This document shows, piece by piece, positions 42,499-55,277 of a stretch of 64,000 nucleotides of DNA. The first letter of the stretch is position 1, and each line of letters begins with the position of its first letter. The notes beneath the pieces were generated by a model. The model saw nothing but the letters and a program-made list of their open reading frames with translations. It did no database searches and was not told the origin of the DNA. The position numbers were made by a program, and so were the translations under genes. Source of the stretch: an uncultured delta proteobacterium (GTDB lineage Bacteria > Desulfobacterota > Desulfomonilia > UBA1062); the NCBI GenBank assembly GCA_963785235.1, contig CAWAUM010000010.1:192001-256000 (forward strand). Direction: 5' to 3'.

Positions 42499-42660
42499 TT
42501 ATGCCAGCTCATGGATTTTCACTTTCAGCTCTTATAGATCAGAGGACTTTACCACATAGGCATCTGCAGCCATGGCCAGAGCGTCATTTCTATAACTGCT
42601 ATATGCTGAAAATATGATCACGGGGATATTTAACTTGAGCTTTAACATAAAGCCTATTGT
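42499..42660 (-). pseudogene. C-terminal fragment of a response regulator receiver, cut at the junction
   Basis: [52 protein letters not shown]; N-terminal half absent. Confidence 0.8.
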
Positions 42661-43269
42661 GAGTTGGCGTTCCGGATGCAGCACTCGGTGCCGGAAGTCA
42701 TGGACTTCTCGCAAGAGACGGCTGAAACCAAGGCTTTGTACGGCGTCGACGTTCCTCACTTCGCCGACTTTGCCAAACAACTGCTGGCCTCCCGTCGGCT
42801 CGTCGAACGAGGCGTGCGATTCGTTCAAATCCAGCATGGGGGCGGCGGAGCCGGGGCCTGGGACGCTCACTTCGGCGTCAAAGCGAACCACTCGTCGTTG
42901 GCGCTGTCGGTCGACCAACCGATCGCCGCACTCATTGAAGATCTGGATCGTCGCGGGATGCTGGACGAAACGCTCGTCGTCTTCGCCACCGAGTTCGGTG
43001 GCACGCCGGGATCGCAAAATGGCGACGGACGCGACCACCATAACTTCGGCTTCTCCGTCTGGATGGCAGGGGGCGGACTCAAACGGGGCGTCGTGCATGG
43101 GGCGACTGACGAGATTGGCTTTCATGCCATCGAAAATCGCCACTATGTCACTGACGTTCACGCCACGATCCTCAAACAACTCGGGCTCGATTCCCGACGA
43201 ATGGAAATCCCTGGTCGCAAACGACTCGAGATCGACCATGGCGTTCCGATCGATGAGATTATCGCTTAA
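42661..43269 (+). pseudogene. C-terminal part of a DUF1501 protein, 5' truncated at the junction
   Basis: [50 protein letters not shown]. Confidence 0.88.
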
Positions 43270-43326
43270 GGATCGATTTCCAGGCAACGATTCAATCGCG
43301 GACACCATACAAAAGGCGCGTACACG

Positions 43327-44712
43327 ATGAACGTTCAACAGTTTCGACAACTCTCGCTCACCGCCGTCGCCATATTCCTTGGTGCGATTGGCGCCACGGC
43401 CGTGGCTGAAGGGACTGAATCGCCGAGCATCTACCAGGTCGGGGTTTCAGCGGTCGACGTTACCCCGAGCTACCCAATACTGCTCAACGGCTTTGCGGGC
43501 CGAAAAACCGAGTCGGAGGGTATTACACAACGCATCTGGGCGAAGGCGCTAGCCATTAGCTCCGACGATTCGCAACCGGTCATTTTGATCTCGCTCGATA
43601 GCCTGGGCATCCGCGAATCGATGGTCAACGAAGTCGCCAAACGGCTCAAGACGAAAGCAGGCGTCGAACGTCGACAAATCGCCGTCGCCTTCAGCCATTC
43701 TCACACGACGCCGAAAGTCAACGGCGCGTGCGACACCATCTTACTGCATGCCGATTGCGCCTGAATTTCAGGAACACATCGATCGCTACACAGCGGAACT
43801 CACCGATGCCTTGGAAGCTGCAGCCCTCAAGGCGCTGGCTGACCGACAACCGTCAACGCTGCACTGGGCGGTGGGCAAAGTCGGCTTCGCGAAGAATCGA
43901 CGGACTCCAGGCGGTCCCGTCGACCACTCGCTGCCGATGCTGGTCGTCAAATCGACCGCGGATGATGCGATTCGCGCCATCTACGTCACTTACGCCTGCC
44001 ACTGCGTGACGTTGGGCAATAACAAGATCAGCGGCGATTGGTCCGGCTACGCGCAGGAAGCGATCGAGCGGCAATCATCCGGGCGCCGATCGGCATGGCG
44101 TCGATCGGTTGCGGATCAGACGCCAACCCGACTTCCGACGTCACTGACGGCAACACGGCGGTCGCGGCCGAACAAGGCGATGAAATTGCCGACGAAGTCG
44201 AACGGCTGCTGCAAGGGTCGTTGCAACCAGTGAGCGGACCGATCGTCGCCTCGCTCACCAACATCGATCTGCCGCTCAACACGCCGCCGACTCGCGAAGA
44301 GCTCGTTGCCATCGCCGACGGCAACTACAACGCCAAGTTTCAACTCGAAAAGCTGGAGCGCGGCGAGCAGCTTCTCACGGCGCTCGACTACCCGGTTCAA
44401 GTCTGGTCCTTTGGCGATTCGCTCGAGATGGTCTTCCTCGCCGGCGAAGTCTGCGTCGACTACGCGTTGCGCTTGAGAAATGAGCTCGATGCGTCGCGAC
44501 TGTGGATGCATGGCTATGCGAACGATTTCTGCGGCTACATTCCCTCCGAGCGGCTGCTCAAGGAGGGAGGCTACGGCGGGGGCGACGAGTACGTTTACTT
44601 CGCGCTTCCTGAATACGCTTCAGCCAGGCATGGAAGCGAAGATCGTCGACGCGGTGCTGCGATTGACTCCCGAGGGCTACCGAGCGGATGCACGGTCGGA
44701 GTGAAGAAGTAA
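43327..44712 (+). CDS. Secreted neutral/alkaline ceramidase-like protein, frameshifted
   Basis: Signal peptide; VDVTP, LNGF, SHSHTTP, YACHC, GCGSDANP, FLAGEVCVDY, GYIPSER...EGGY. Confidence 0.8.
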
Positions 44713-44793
44713 TACGGCGTCAACGTCACCGCGAGCGGTAGAAGATTAGTGACGCCAGGAATTGGCGGCGACCATCAGAGGCGATTTGCACTT

Positions 44794-47700
44794 ATGATTC
44801 TGTTTTCAACGTCGTTTCACTACTTCAAGCAGCTGGCGTTTGCCGCTCTCGTTTTCATTCATTGTTCGCAACATCTGCTGGGCGGCGATCATGGAAGCGA
44901 GCCGCGCCTCACGCCAGACCGAGTCCTTATCGCGTCTCAAGACGCATGACGACCTAGCCGTCGACCTCGTCGCGGCCGAGCCGCTGATCGAAGATCCGGT
45001 CGCCATCGACTTCGGCTGGGACGGTTGTCTGTGGGTGGCCGACGTCCCCGACTACACGCGACCGCTCAACGCGGAGCCGGATAAGGGAGGATCCGTCCGG
45101 CTGCTGACAGATCGTGACCACGATGGCCGCTTCGACGAAGTCTCGGTCTTCCAAGATGGCTTGCGATTCCCGTTCGACGTCAAAGTATGGCGCGACGGCG
45201 TCATCGTCTGCGACGCTCCGGACGTCATCTACCTGGAGGATACCGACAGCGATCAACAGGCCGATGTGCGCAAGGTGCTGCTGACGGGCTTTGGTAATCA
45301 CAATGCTCAAGCGAGAGTCAACAGCCTGCGGTGGGGCGTCGACGGTTGGCTCTATGGCTCATGCGGGCTCTTCGGCGGACAGATCAAAAGTTTTAACGGC
45401 CAAACGCTGGAACTCGGCGACCGTGACTTCCGTTTTCATCCAGACACCGGCGTCATCGAGCCAGTTACCGGCCGGACGCAGCAGGGTCGCGTTTGCGACG
45501 CCGCGGGAAACTGGTTCGGCTGCAATAGCGGCACAATGATTGCCCACTATCCCCTGTCAGAACACTATTTGGCTGCAATCCCTATTTAGCGCCGCCGGCA
45601 GTACAGACGTATTCGTACGCCGACTCGGAGGAGCTGTTCCCCGCGGGCAATCCCACGGTTCTCAAACTCTCAGGGCCTCCCGGTCGGCCTACTTCCGCGT
45701 GCGGGTTGGAAATCTACCGCGACGATCTTTTGGGACAGCAGTACGCAGGCAACTCGTTCACTGCCGAACCTGTGAATCTGCTGGTTCACCGTCGCGTCAT
45801 TGCTCCCGACGGAGTGACCTTTTCAGGACGGCGGGCGGACAATGAACGCGATCGCGAGTTCCTTACCTCCACCGACTCTTGGTTCCGTCCTGTCCAGATT
45901 CGCACCGGCCTCGACGGTTGCCTCTGGGTGGTCGACATGCATCGCTCGGTCATCGAGCATCCCACCTGGATTTCGGCGGAAGCGATGGAAACGCTCGACC
46001 CCTCCGCCGGCAACGCCGAAGCCCGAATCTTTCGCGTCCGTCCCAAAGATGGCCAGCCGCGGCCGCTTGTCGATCTTCGCCAGCTGAGTACCGCCGATCT
46101 CGTCGCCGCGCTTGATTCTCCGAATGGGCCGCAGCGCGATCTCGTTCAGCAGTTGATCTTGCAGCGAAAGTTGCAGGAGGCGGCGCCATACCTAGAGGCG
46201 ATGCTGGCAACGTCCAAGCGAACCGAGGCGCGGTTAGCGGCGCTCAATGCGCTTGCCGAACTCGAAGCGCTGAATGAGAAGTCGCTGCTCGGCGCACTGC
46301 GCGATCCGCACGACGCCATGCGCGCTCACGCCATTCGACTCAGCGAACGCTTCTTCGATCAATCGCCGACCATCGTCGCGGCGGTGCTCGCGCTCGCCAA
46401 CGACGACGCCCCGCAGGTGACGTTGCAATTGGCCTACAGCCTAGGCGAATGCACAGACGCCCGTGCCGCCGACGCCTTGGCGGAGCTGGCGTGGAAGCAT
46501 CAAAGCGACCCGTACTTGCTCGCGGCGGCCTGGAGCAGCTTGAACGAGCGTAACATCGAAGGCGCGTTTCAACGACTAGCCGCGAAAGCAGCCTCTCAAG
46601 ACGCCTACCTCGCCGATTATCGACGATCTCTCGATGTTTGCGGCGAAGTTCGGCAAGCCGACGATGCTTCCGCAAGCCGTTCAAACTCTCGCCGGCGATC
46701 ATCCCGAAAACTGGACGTCGTGGCGCGTCAGCGGCGTCGCCAGTCTTGTTGAGTCGCTCCATGCCGAACAGCGGAACGAAGTCGTCTCTAACCATTCCGT
46801 GAAAGCAATTGTCGATCGCCTAACGCCTGCCGCTCAGACGGTCTTGGACGAGCCAGAGTCTCAACTTGATCAAGTATTGGCTGCTTTACGGTTGCTGGCG
46901 CCATCAAATCCACGGATGGAGAGACGATCGATCTGGTCGCGTCTCTTCTTGAACCTCGCCATGCTCCTGAAATACAGCTCGCTGCCATGAGGTTTCTATC
47001 GGCGAGCCGCCAGCCGCAGGCCGACGAAGCACTGCTGAGTCAGTGGAGTTCGTATTCGCCGGCAATGCGGTCTCAAGTTCTTGACGTTGTGGTGGCGCGT
47101 CAGGAGTTTCTGTCGCTACTGTTTGAAAAGTTGAAGTCCGGCGACCTCAGGGCTGCCGATATCGACGCCACGCACCGACTTCAGCTGCTGCGCCAGAACG
47201 ATGCAGAGATCCGAAAACAAGCGGAATCGGCGTTTGGCGCTGCCGTCAACGCCGACCGACGACAGATCATCGACGATTTCCAATCGGCGACGAATCTAAA
47301 CGGCGATTCCTGCATGGCGCCGCCCTCTTTCAAAAACACTGCTCCAGCTGCCATAAACTCGGCGACGTGGGGAGTTCCGTCGGCCCCGATCTGGCTGCGA
47401 TTACCAGTCGCACCCCGTCGGCTTTGATTGAAAGCATCTTCGACCCTAACCGCAATGTCGAGGAGAAGTACCTCGCCTACACCGCTGCCAGCGACGATGG
47501 CCTGGCGCATACGGGCATCCTGGTCAGCGAGAAGCGCGACAAGCATCACGCTCGTCGAGCAACAAGGCAAACAGTCGACGTTGCTTCGCGAGTCGCTGGA
47601 GGCGTTGCAAGCCACTGGCCTTTCCCTGATGCCCGAAGGCTTCGAGAAAGACCTGACTCCCCAGGACGTGGCTGACCTGATGGCTCATCTGACGGTCCAC

Positions 47701-48943
47701 GCCCGCCGACCGCGTGAGTTCGAGGGGAACAAGCCCGAGATCGTCCACGCCAACGACGACGGAAACGTCATGCTTCTCGCATCGAACGCTGAGATTTACG
47801 GAACTCAGATCCTTTACGCACCGACGTCTCGCAGCGTCGGCGATTGGTACGACCAGTTGGATTACATCGCGTGGAACGTCTCAACCGCCGCTGATCAAGA
47901 ATTCGATCTGTATCTTGACGCCGCCGGCGAAGAACGGACGACGGGCAACGGGGTCGCCATCGACGGCTTCGAGGCCCCTCTTCGCTTCACCGCGCAATAC
48001 CGGCGGGTTCGATAAATTCGTTCCTGCCAAGATCGGCAAGGTACGACTTCGCGCGGGCAAAAATTGGATCCTCATCACCGCCGACGGTCCGATGGCTTCG
48101 ATTCCTTTGTTGGCGATTCGAGGGCTCTACTTGATCAGCCCTGGAGCTTCAATTGACGACGTCTTGGCCGCCGAGACTGTCGCGGAGGCGGATCACGATG
48201 CCTCGACGGACATCGCCAAGCTGCTCGATGGCCTCGTCGTCGGGACGCCCAGCGAGAAAGAGCGAATACCGCAACTCTGGGAGCACGCACTAGCCGCCGG
48301 CAAGCGGAACAATGACGCTGAGTTGGTTCGGTTGTTGGAACTCTCGCTGCCGAAAATGGGCGAGCCGCTGCGAGATTGGCAAGCAGTCGTCGTCGGGGGC
48401 GGGATCATTAACGGCATGAGCGGCAGCGGCGCTTGGCCGAGGGAGCGGATGCTGGCGCTTGTCGCCGCCGACAAGTCGCTGGCAGCCCGCTGGCAGCAAG
48501 CGGTGGAACTCGCGGCGATAGTGGCCGACAACGATACGATCAGCTCTGGAGTTCGCTACGATGCACTCAGGATGTTGGGCGCCGACAGCTTTGAGAGCGC
48601 CAACGATCGCGTGAGCAAATACTTACAACCAGGAGTCGGCGACGAACTGCAGATGGGGGCGATCAGCGCGATGGCAGATATCGACCACGCCGGGGCGACA
48701 AGCGCGCTGCTCGACAATTTTTCCGCGTTTACCGCCGGCAATCGAGGCATCGCTTTTTCCGCACTCCTGCGGAACGACGACCGCACGAAGCAGTTACTCG
48801 ATTCGCTGGAGTCAAGCGGCAGATCAACGATCGCACTCACCTTGGAGCAAATCGAAATGCTCAAGAAGATGAATAATCCCGCTCACCGCCAGCGCGTCAT
48901 CGCGATCTTTGGCGATGGCCAAGTAGCGCAGAGCGAGCCCTAA
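44794..48943 (+). CDS. PVC-type heme-binding CxxCH protein (propeller, HEAT repeats, cytochrome c, carbohydrate-binding-like domain), multiple frameshifts
   Basis: VAAEPLIEDPVAIDFG, WGVDGWLYG, SWFRPVQIRTGLDG, KHCSSCHK near 47340, VGPDL, SLMPEGFE. Confidence 0.82.
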
Positions 48944-49052
48944 CAGCACACTTGCTCAAGCGACTTGACCACGCTGATAATCTGACGGGCTCGCTAAACT
49001 GCCTGCACGTCTTGAAATGCACGCTTCTATGGAAATGCCTGAATTGTCGCTT

Positions 49053-49202
49053 TTAACTCCGCGACCCGATGACTATCCCGTGATGCCGACCGCGTACATT
49101 GGATTTCTGCTTAAGCCTGCCGGATTCTTCAAGCAGAACCCGGCAAACGACATCCCGTCGTCGGCGAAGAAGCCGGCAGTGCAGGGGGGTTGTTGTCGCT
49201 GA
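49053..49202 (+). pseudogene. 3' remnant of a copper amine oxidase
   Basis: PRPDDYPVMPTAYIGFLLKPAGFFKQNPANDIP matches the family C-terminal motif PRxEDWPVMP...LxPxGFFxxNP. Confidence 0.75.
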
Positions 49203-49240
49203 ATGTCGCGACCACTCCGAGTTGATGGGGGGCGCCAAAC

Positions 49241-49627
49241 GTGTGTCCGATCTGCTGGGCAACATTGCTGGTTGCATTCTCGACTTCGATCGGGGCGTCG
49301 GCTGCGATCATGGCGTGGCGCGACCGTTGGACGCTGTTGCTGGCCGCAGGATTATTGGGGCTGGCGGGCGTCCATCAATTCGGCGTGACGCTTGTACCTT
49401 GGCGGGTATTTGCCGGGGCGATAGCGACGTTGATCGTCCGCATCACGTGGATCGTATTGATGCAACGCGACAAGTTGTTCGTCTTCTCCGCATGGCGGAA
49501 GGCAACCACATTTGCCGCCTCGCGTTGTCCAACGAACCGTGAGCCTGAAGGCGCTCTAGGCGCCGTCGCAATTGCCTCGCCCACTGATTCAGGTCCGATT
49601 GAATCACCGATCAGCCCTGCCCACTGA
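49241..49627 (+). CDS. Hypothetical membrane protein with N-terminal CxxC
   Basis: GTG start, MCPICW then about 3 hydrophobic segments. Confidence 0.55.
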   Translation: MCPICWATLLVAFSTSIGASAAIMAWRDRWTLLLAAGLLGLAGVHQFGVTLVPWRVFAGAIATLIVRITWIVLMQRDKLFVFSAWRKATTFAASRCPTNREPEGALGAVAIASPTDSGPIESPISPAH

Positions 49628-49642
49628 TGATCAGCGACAGGC

Positions 49643-51268
49643 TCAGTCCGGCAGTGGCTCGCCTTTCGTTTCCGGCCCAATCCAGATGATAAGGACTCCC
49701 AGCAGGTAGATTCCCGCCAGGGTGGCGCCAGCCCTGGGGAAGGCGTCAACCTCGACTCGTTCCGGCGCAATATTTTGAGCGAAGTAAGCGGTGAGGACGG
49801 CGGTTTGCAGTGATCCGACGGCGGAGAGAACTCGTCCGAAATTGTAGGCGAAGCCTTGGCTGGTGGTGCGAATGCTCGTCGGGAAGAGTTCGGGAAGATA
49901 AAGCGGAAACCAACCGTAAAACGCCGCCGTCACGCCGCCGGCGACGAAGACCGAGACCAGGAACTCAACGCCGTAAGCGTCGTTCCACCGGTAGAGGTAC
50001 ACCAGCGACGCAAACGAGCCAACGCACAACAACGCGTAGGTCGGCCGCCGCCCGATGACGCCGCCGGCGATGGCGGCCAGAATCGTCCCGATGATGGCCC
50101 CGATTGAGGTCGCGATCTGCGTGTACTCTTTGGCATGGAATGGTCCCTGGTCGGCCGGAAGCAATTCCGACAGCGCAATCGCCCACTTCGGAGCCCACTG
50201 CAGCGCGCCCCAGGTGCCAAGCAAAGGAATGCCGGCGAGACAAGCGCCGAGCAACATCCGCCGCAAGTAAAGTCGACGGTCGGCGGCCCGCAATTGCCCG
50301 GCGTCAACCGCGCGAGTGAGATAACGCACCACCGGATACATGTAACCCTTCAAGGCGATGAAAAACCCGATCGCGGTCGCGAGGATGCGGAGCGTTGTGA
50401 GCCAACCAGGAAAACCTTCTGCCACCGCTTCCAATCCGATCCAAGGCCGCATCACGTTTTCAAACGCCGGCGACCACAGGAGGATCATGAATGAAGCGCC
50501 TACGGCGCCGACGACGACGCCAAGCAAATCCTTGGTCGCCCAGAATGAGTTTTCACGTTCGCCAGCCGCGGCTTGCCACTTTTTCGATTCGGGCACAAAT
50601 AATCGAATAAAGAACACCAGCAGAGCCGGCAAGGCGCCGGCGATCATCAACAACCGCCAACCGTCGTTTCGCAGCAACATCGCCACGGTTTCGGGCGGTA
50701 TGCCGACTCCTAACAGCGCGTCGCCAAATCCCTTGATAAAGCTGACCAAAACCAGGCTTAGAAGGCCGACGGCAAGAAATCCGACGTTGGCGGCGGCTCC
50801 GATCAGCCCCGCGAGATAAGCTCGCGAGCTGTTCGGCCAGAGTTCGGTCACCAGCGCAACGCCGAGCGACCATTCGCCCCCCATGCCGAGCGAAGCGATG
50901 AACCGTAGCACCGCGATATGCCAAGCCTCGGTGGCGAAGCCGCATAAACCGGTAAAAATCGCGTAAGTCAAGATACTGAGCGACATGGCCCGCACGCGAC
51001 CGATACGGTCGCCCAGCCAACCGAAAACAACGCCTCCAGTCGCCGCACCGATCAGAAATACCGCCATAATGACGCCGAACCATTCGCCCTTGGCGGTCGG
51101 ATTGGTGATGAGCTCGTCATGAAGCAACTCATCGAGGGCGTTGGGGCCGACAAGCGGAAACATGCCGATCTCGAAGCCGTCGAACATCCAGCCGAGGAGC
51201 GCCGCCAGCAACGCCATCCACTTGCCGCGGGAATCGGCGTTAACGTCATCATGAACTTGCATGGTCAC
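49643..51268 (-). CDS. MFS transporter (SHS-like)
   Basis: LGWMFDGFE, GWLGDRIGRV, GMGGEW, LPELFPTSIR, GPETKG. Confidence 0.92.
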   Translation of the reverse strand: MTMQVHDDVNADSRGKWMALLAALLGWMFDGFEIGMFPLVGPNALDELLHDELITNPTAKGEWFGVIMAVFLIGAATGGVVFGWLGDRIGRVRAMSLSILTYAIFTGLCGFATEAWHIAVLRFIASLGMGGEWSLGVALVTELWPNSSRAYLAGLIGAAANVGFLAVGLLSLVLVSFIKGFGDALLGVGIPPETVAMLLRNDGWRLLMIAGALPALLVFFIRLFVPESKKWQAAAGERENSFWATKDLLGVVVGAVGASFMILLWSPAFENVMRPWIGLEAVAEGFPGWLTTLRILATAIGFFIALKGYMYPVVRYLTRAVDAGQLRAADRRLYLRRMLLGACLAGIPLLGTWGALQWAPKWAIALSELLPADQGPFHAKEYTQIATSIGAIIGTILAAIAGGVIGRRPTYALLCVGSFASLVYLYRWNDAYGVEFLVSVFVAGGVTAAFYGWFPLYLPELFPTSIRTTSQGFAYNFGRVLSAVGSLQTAVLTAYFAQNIAPERVEVDAFPRAGATLAGIYLLGVLIIWIGPETKGEPLPD

Positions 51269-51391
51269 TCTTTCAGCTGCATGAATGGACAGACAACGAA
51301 AGTTTATCGCAGCGGCGCCCGATTAGACGAGTGCGGGACGTTATGAAAGGGGAAGACGCCGCGTCCTTCGCGAAATGCCAGGGCTCGCTGC

Positions 51392-52793
51392 TTAAAACAG
51401 TGCTGTGGGCTCAGGCAGTTGCCGCTCAATCTCGGCGAGCCGATATCCAAATCCGACCTTCCCCAGCGTGCTCAAGTCGAGTTGCCCATTCCTCCGGCGG
51501 TACAGTCCTGGATGAACCCGGGCCTCTGGCAGCGAAGCATCAGGATAGAACTGCATGGCGTTCGATTCGACTCCCATGATCGAGTGGACCTTCGAGGCCA
51601 AGCGAACATGGGGGATTTGCGCAAGCATCGGGTTGGTGAGGTCTTGCACCATGATCTGCATGCCATGCGCTCGAGCCCAGCAATAGCTCAGAATCGACCC
51701 CGTCTGCGTCTTGCACGTTTTCAGGCATACTCCGGTCCATCCGAGCGAGCGACCAAGTTTCACGTAACGCCAATCATGGGCGCTTTCATCGAGGTATAAC
51801 GGTTTGATCTGCGAGACGCTACGCACGTCGATTTGATTATTAGTCAGGTCATACGGGAACGGCTGTTCGACGTAGAGTAATCGTTCGAACAGCGGCGGCG
51901 ACTCGCGACGCAACCGTTCGAGAATAGCGACGACGTATTCGGGTTGGCGGACGGTGCAGTTGAAGTCGGCGTGAAAGTGCTCCACGCCGAGAGGCATGCT
52001 TAGCTGCCCGACTTGGATAAGCCGCTGAAAATCCCACTCCGCGTCGTTGCCGCGGAGTTTTACTTTGAGACAGCGCAAGCCGTCTCGTTCAATCCAATCG
52101 GCAAGCAACAGCGGGTAACCGTCTTGGGGCGATGACTGCGGATCGACTTCCCCTGAAGTCAACGGATCGAGCCCGCCCACTAGATGCCACACAGGCAGGA
52201 TCTGCGGACTCGGTGACGCTAAATAATCGCACGGGAACTTTCCTGAGAACGCCGCCGCCGCTTCAAAGCCGAAGTAGTGCGACAAATCATGGGGCATGTA
52301 TTCCGAGGAGTAGACGTCGAACACGTCGCGTTGCTGAAGATTGCCGTAAGCGTCGTGAACGGCGACGTCGGCGGCGCTTAAAGCGATCAGAGCAGCGAGG
52401 TATGGCAACGGTTCGGTGGTACGGCTCGTTGGCGAGTCTTGCACCAGCTTGGGGAGAACATTCGCCTGAAAGCGAACGCCGAGATCGAGCGGATGGCCGC
52501 AGTCGCCTGATTCGATCCAAGCTCGGACTGACGCGACGGCGAAATCACGCATTGCCGCAGCTCGAGTCGCATAGGGTAACTCAGAGGGCCAAGCCCATTG
52601 GGCGGAAAGCGGAGTTTCCCCCCAACCGTCGGCCGTCCGTCCCTGTCGATCACGGACAGTGACCCGCACGCGACAGCAATCGACTTCGGTAAGAGTCTCG
52701 AACGCCGAACTTCAGCGGCATTCGCGTCCGCACCGGTAGGAAATAGACGGCGGCGCCAACGAGACAAACATCGGTGGGACGCTGAGATTTCAT
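51392..52793 (-). CDS. Mandelate racemase/enolase superfamily protein, frameshift near 52690
   Basis: TRMPLKFG, WHLVGGLD, LKVKL, DFNC, YVEQP, LDES, QDLTNP. Confidence 0.85.
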
Positions 52794-52918
52794 ACCGGCA
52801 ACGCTGATGTGGAGCTTTGGCCGTGATAGATCCGGCCACATCGAGGAGCATGCACGGCGTTGAATCAAAGGTCGTCCTCTACCACTTGGCAGCGAACGGC
52901 AAGGTGATGCGAGAGCCG

Positions 52919-54088
52919 TCACACGCGCAAAAATATCTTCTTCTTATAGAGCAGAAATAGCATCAACCATTTTACGAAGAACAAGCAGATCGCCCACAAC
53001 AGCGGCTGAAGCGTGCCAGTATGCGCCAACGCCCCGCCGAAGAAAAACTGCGTCGTGAACTGAAAGTCGATGAACTGCTGCGCCATATAGATGAGAATTG
53101 AGTTACTGCCAATCACCACAAAGAAGAAGGTCCATTTGCGAATTTTCCACACGTCGATGACTAAGTAAAAAGCCGCTAAGAGCAAGAGACTCCACCCCGC
53201 ACAGTAGAGGACGAAAGAACTCGACCATAGGTTTTTATTGATGGGGAAGTAAAGATTCCACACCAGCGCCAACGCCAGACAGAGGGCGCCGCCGGCTGCC
53301 ATCAACGAGGTTTTCCTATAACCTCCGAGACGCGATTTGTTCAGAAAGTCCCCGGTAAGAATGCCTGCCAGTCGCCGTGCTAACCGCCGGCACGGTGCCC
53401 AAAAAACCGACTGGATCGCGGTCGCCTCGGTACAGCCGGCCAGGAAGCAACTGTCGGTCGAGAAAGTCAGTAAGCGTATGCCCCGGCAAATCGCCGCGCC
53501 GAATCCTGGCACGGGAATGAATTTCAACGCAGCCCAGTACGCGACTAGCAATCCAACGAACCATAACAGACGTCCTCTAACGCCTGCATTCAAGGCCGCA
53601 ATTAGCGCCGCGAACATATACGCCAAAAGCCAATCCGCCCGAGGACGCTGGGGTACGCATCGTCGGCCAATCGAACTTGAGCAAACCGTTATAGATCATT
53701 CCCAACACGACAAGTACAAATCCTCGCACCAGCACATGTCTGTATAAATCGCGTTTGGAGTCGCCCGCGGCCATTCGCTTCTCAAATGAGAAAAGGGAGA
53801 GCAACGCCCGCAATGAACAAAAACAACGGGAAGATCAAATCGTAGAACGCGAAGCCATGCCATTCTGGATGTTCGAGTTGCCCGGCAAGCCGATGCAATG
53901 GCCGCCCAATCAGTTAAGTTCGCGGAGGCTAGAGCAATCTCCTTTCCTCCCATGATCGAAAACATGTCGCAGCCGCGCAAGGCGTCGAGACTCATCAAAC
54001 GCTGAGACACTCCGGGGTCGGAAGCGACTTCTCGTCTCACCGCCTTCCCAGAGTCGCTTGGCGGCGACTGATCGGTTGTTGATTTCAT
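52919..54088 (-). CDS. HGSNAT/DUF5009-like membrane acyltransferase, frameshifted
   Basis: RLMSLDALRG, FPINKNLWSSSF, VIGSNSI, LYKKKIFLRV. Confidence 0.85.
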
Positions 54089-54192
54089 CTATGGTCTAAC
54101 GCTAGGCATCAGGGCAGCGAAATGGAGAGACGATACGACCGTGAGCGAATGATCGGCCTTGCCGTCAGTTTGCCGGAAACGACGCGGGATTT

Positions 54193-55175
54193 CTACTTCA
54201 TTGCTTTTCGTGAGGGGCGTGGCGCGTGACAGCTGGACTCGCCACGCCCACGCCAGCGACTGCAAATTCCCGCATTCTCGCCGAGACTTGGGGGAACGAC
54301 GTACTCGACTAATGCCGTTTTCAGACAGTGCAGCCGACTGGATGTAGCCCGCCATTGTTAGTTGAAGGTTGCTCTGCCGACGAGTTGCAAGAAGGCATCG
54401 CCTCCCAATTGCCCCGCCTTGCTGACGCTTCCTCCTAGAATAATGCGTTGCGGCGACAAGACGTAGGCAATATTTGCCAGTGCGGCGGCAACGTAGTGAG
54501 TTTGGATTCTCCACACGACGTGGTCGGTGAGGTGCTGAGCAGCGCAGCGAGTTCTCGCTTCGATCGCAGGTCCGCAACAGAGCCCCTCCCAGCAATCGCC
54601 ATGGTAGGGGCAGACGCCGGCAAAATCGTCGCCGGGAAGTCGCGGGAGACGCATGTGGCCGATCTCGGGGTGAACTAAGCCGTAAATAGCTTCCCGCCAG
54701 ACATGCCGCCGCCGCCGATTCCCGTCCCCATGGTGATATAAACGAAGTCGGTGAGACCTCGCGCGCCCCAGCGATGCTCGCCTAGGCACTGCCGTTCACA
54801 TCGGTGTCAATTGCTAATGGAATGTCGGGGAACGCCGCGTGAAGCGGGCCAAGCAAATCGGAGTTAGCCCAGCCCGGCTTGGGCGTACTCGTAATACGGC
54901 CAAAGGAGGCGGAGTCGCGGTGGAGATCGACCGGTCCGAAGGTTGCCACGCCGATCGCTTGCAAGCGGCCGAGTGCCCCTGCTGCTCCTTCAGCCACTCC
55001 ACGACCTGCCGCATCTGGTGCACGGAATCTAAGCCAGTCGGCAATTCGATTCGAGCCAGCAATCCCTCGCCCGGGCCGGTTCCCACCTGCAGACAAACTT
55101 TGTTCCGCCTGCTTCGATGCCGCCGAACAAAGGTAAGCGGCTAGCGGCAGGTCGATCTTCTTTCGTCAACGTCAC
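54193..55175 (-). CDS. ROK family kinase (fructokinase-like), frameshifted; 3' end approximate
   Basis: [44 protein letters not shown]. Confidence 0.85.
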
Positions 55176-55277
55176 TTCGTAGCTCCTAGAGCAATCCGAT
55201 GCTCACGCCCGGTCGCAAGTCGGCACACACCACGCCACACAACTGCTGACGCACTGAGGCTGATCGCGGTCGATGCG

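Noticed and set aside
42532-42534. In-frame TAA in the receiver fragment as stop-codon recoding
   Set aside because: Single instance beside a suspect junction; TAA terminates many other genes normally.
42532-43350. 272-aa ORF that looks like a novel receiver-domain fusion
   Set aside because: It is the antisense frame of DUF1501 running across the junction into the receiver fragment.
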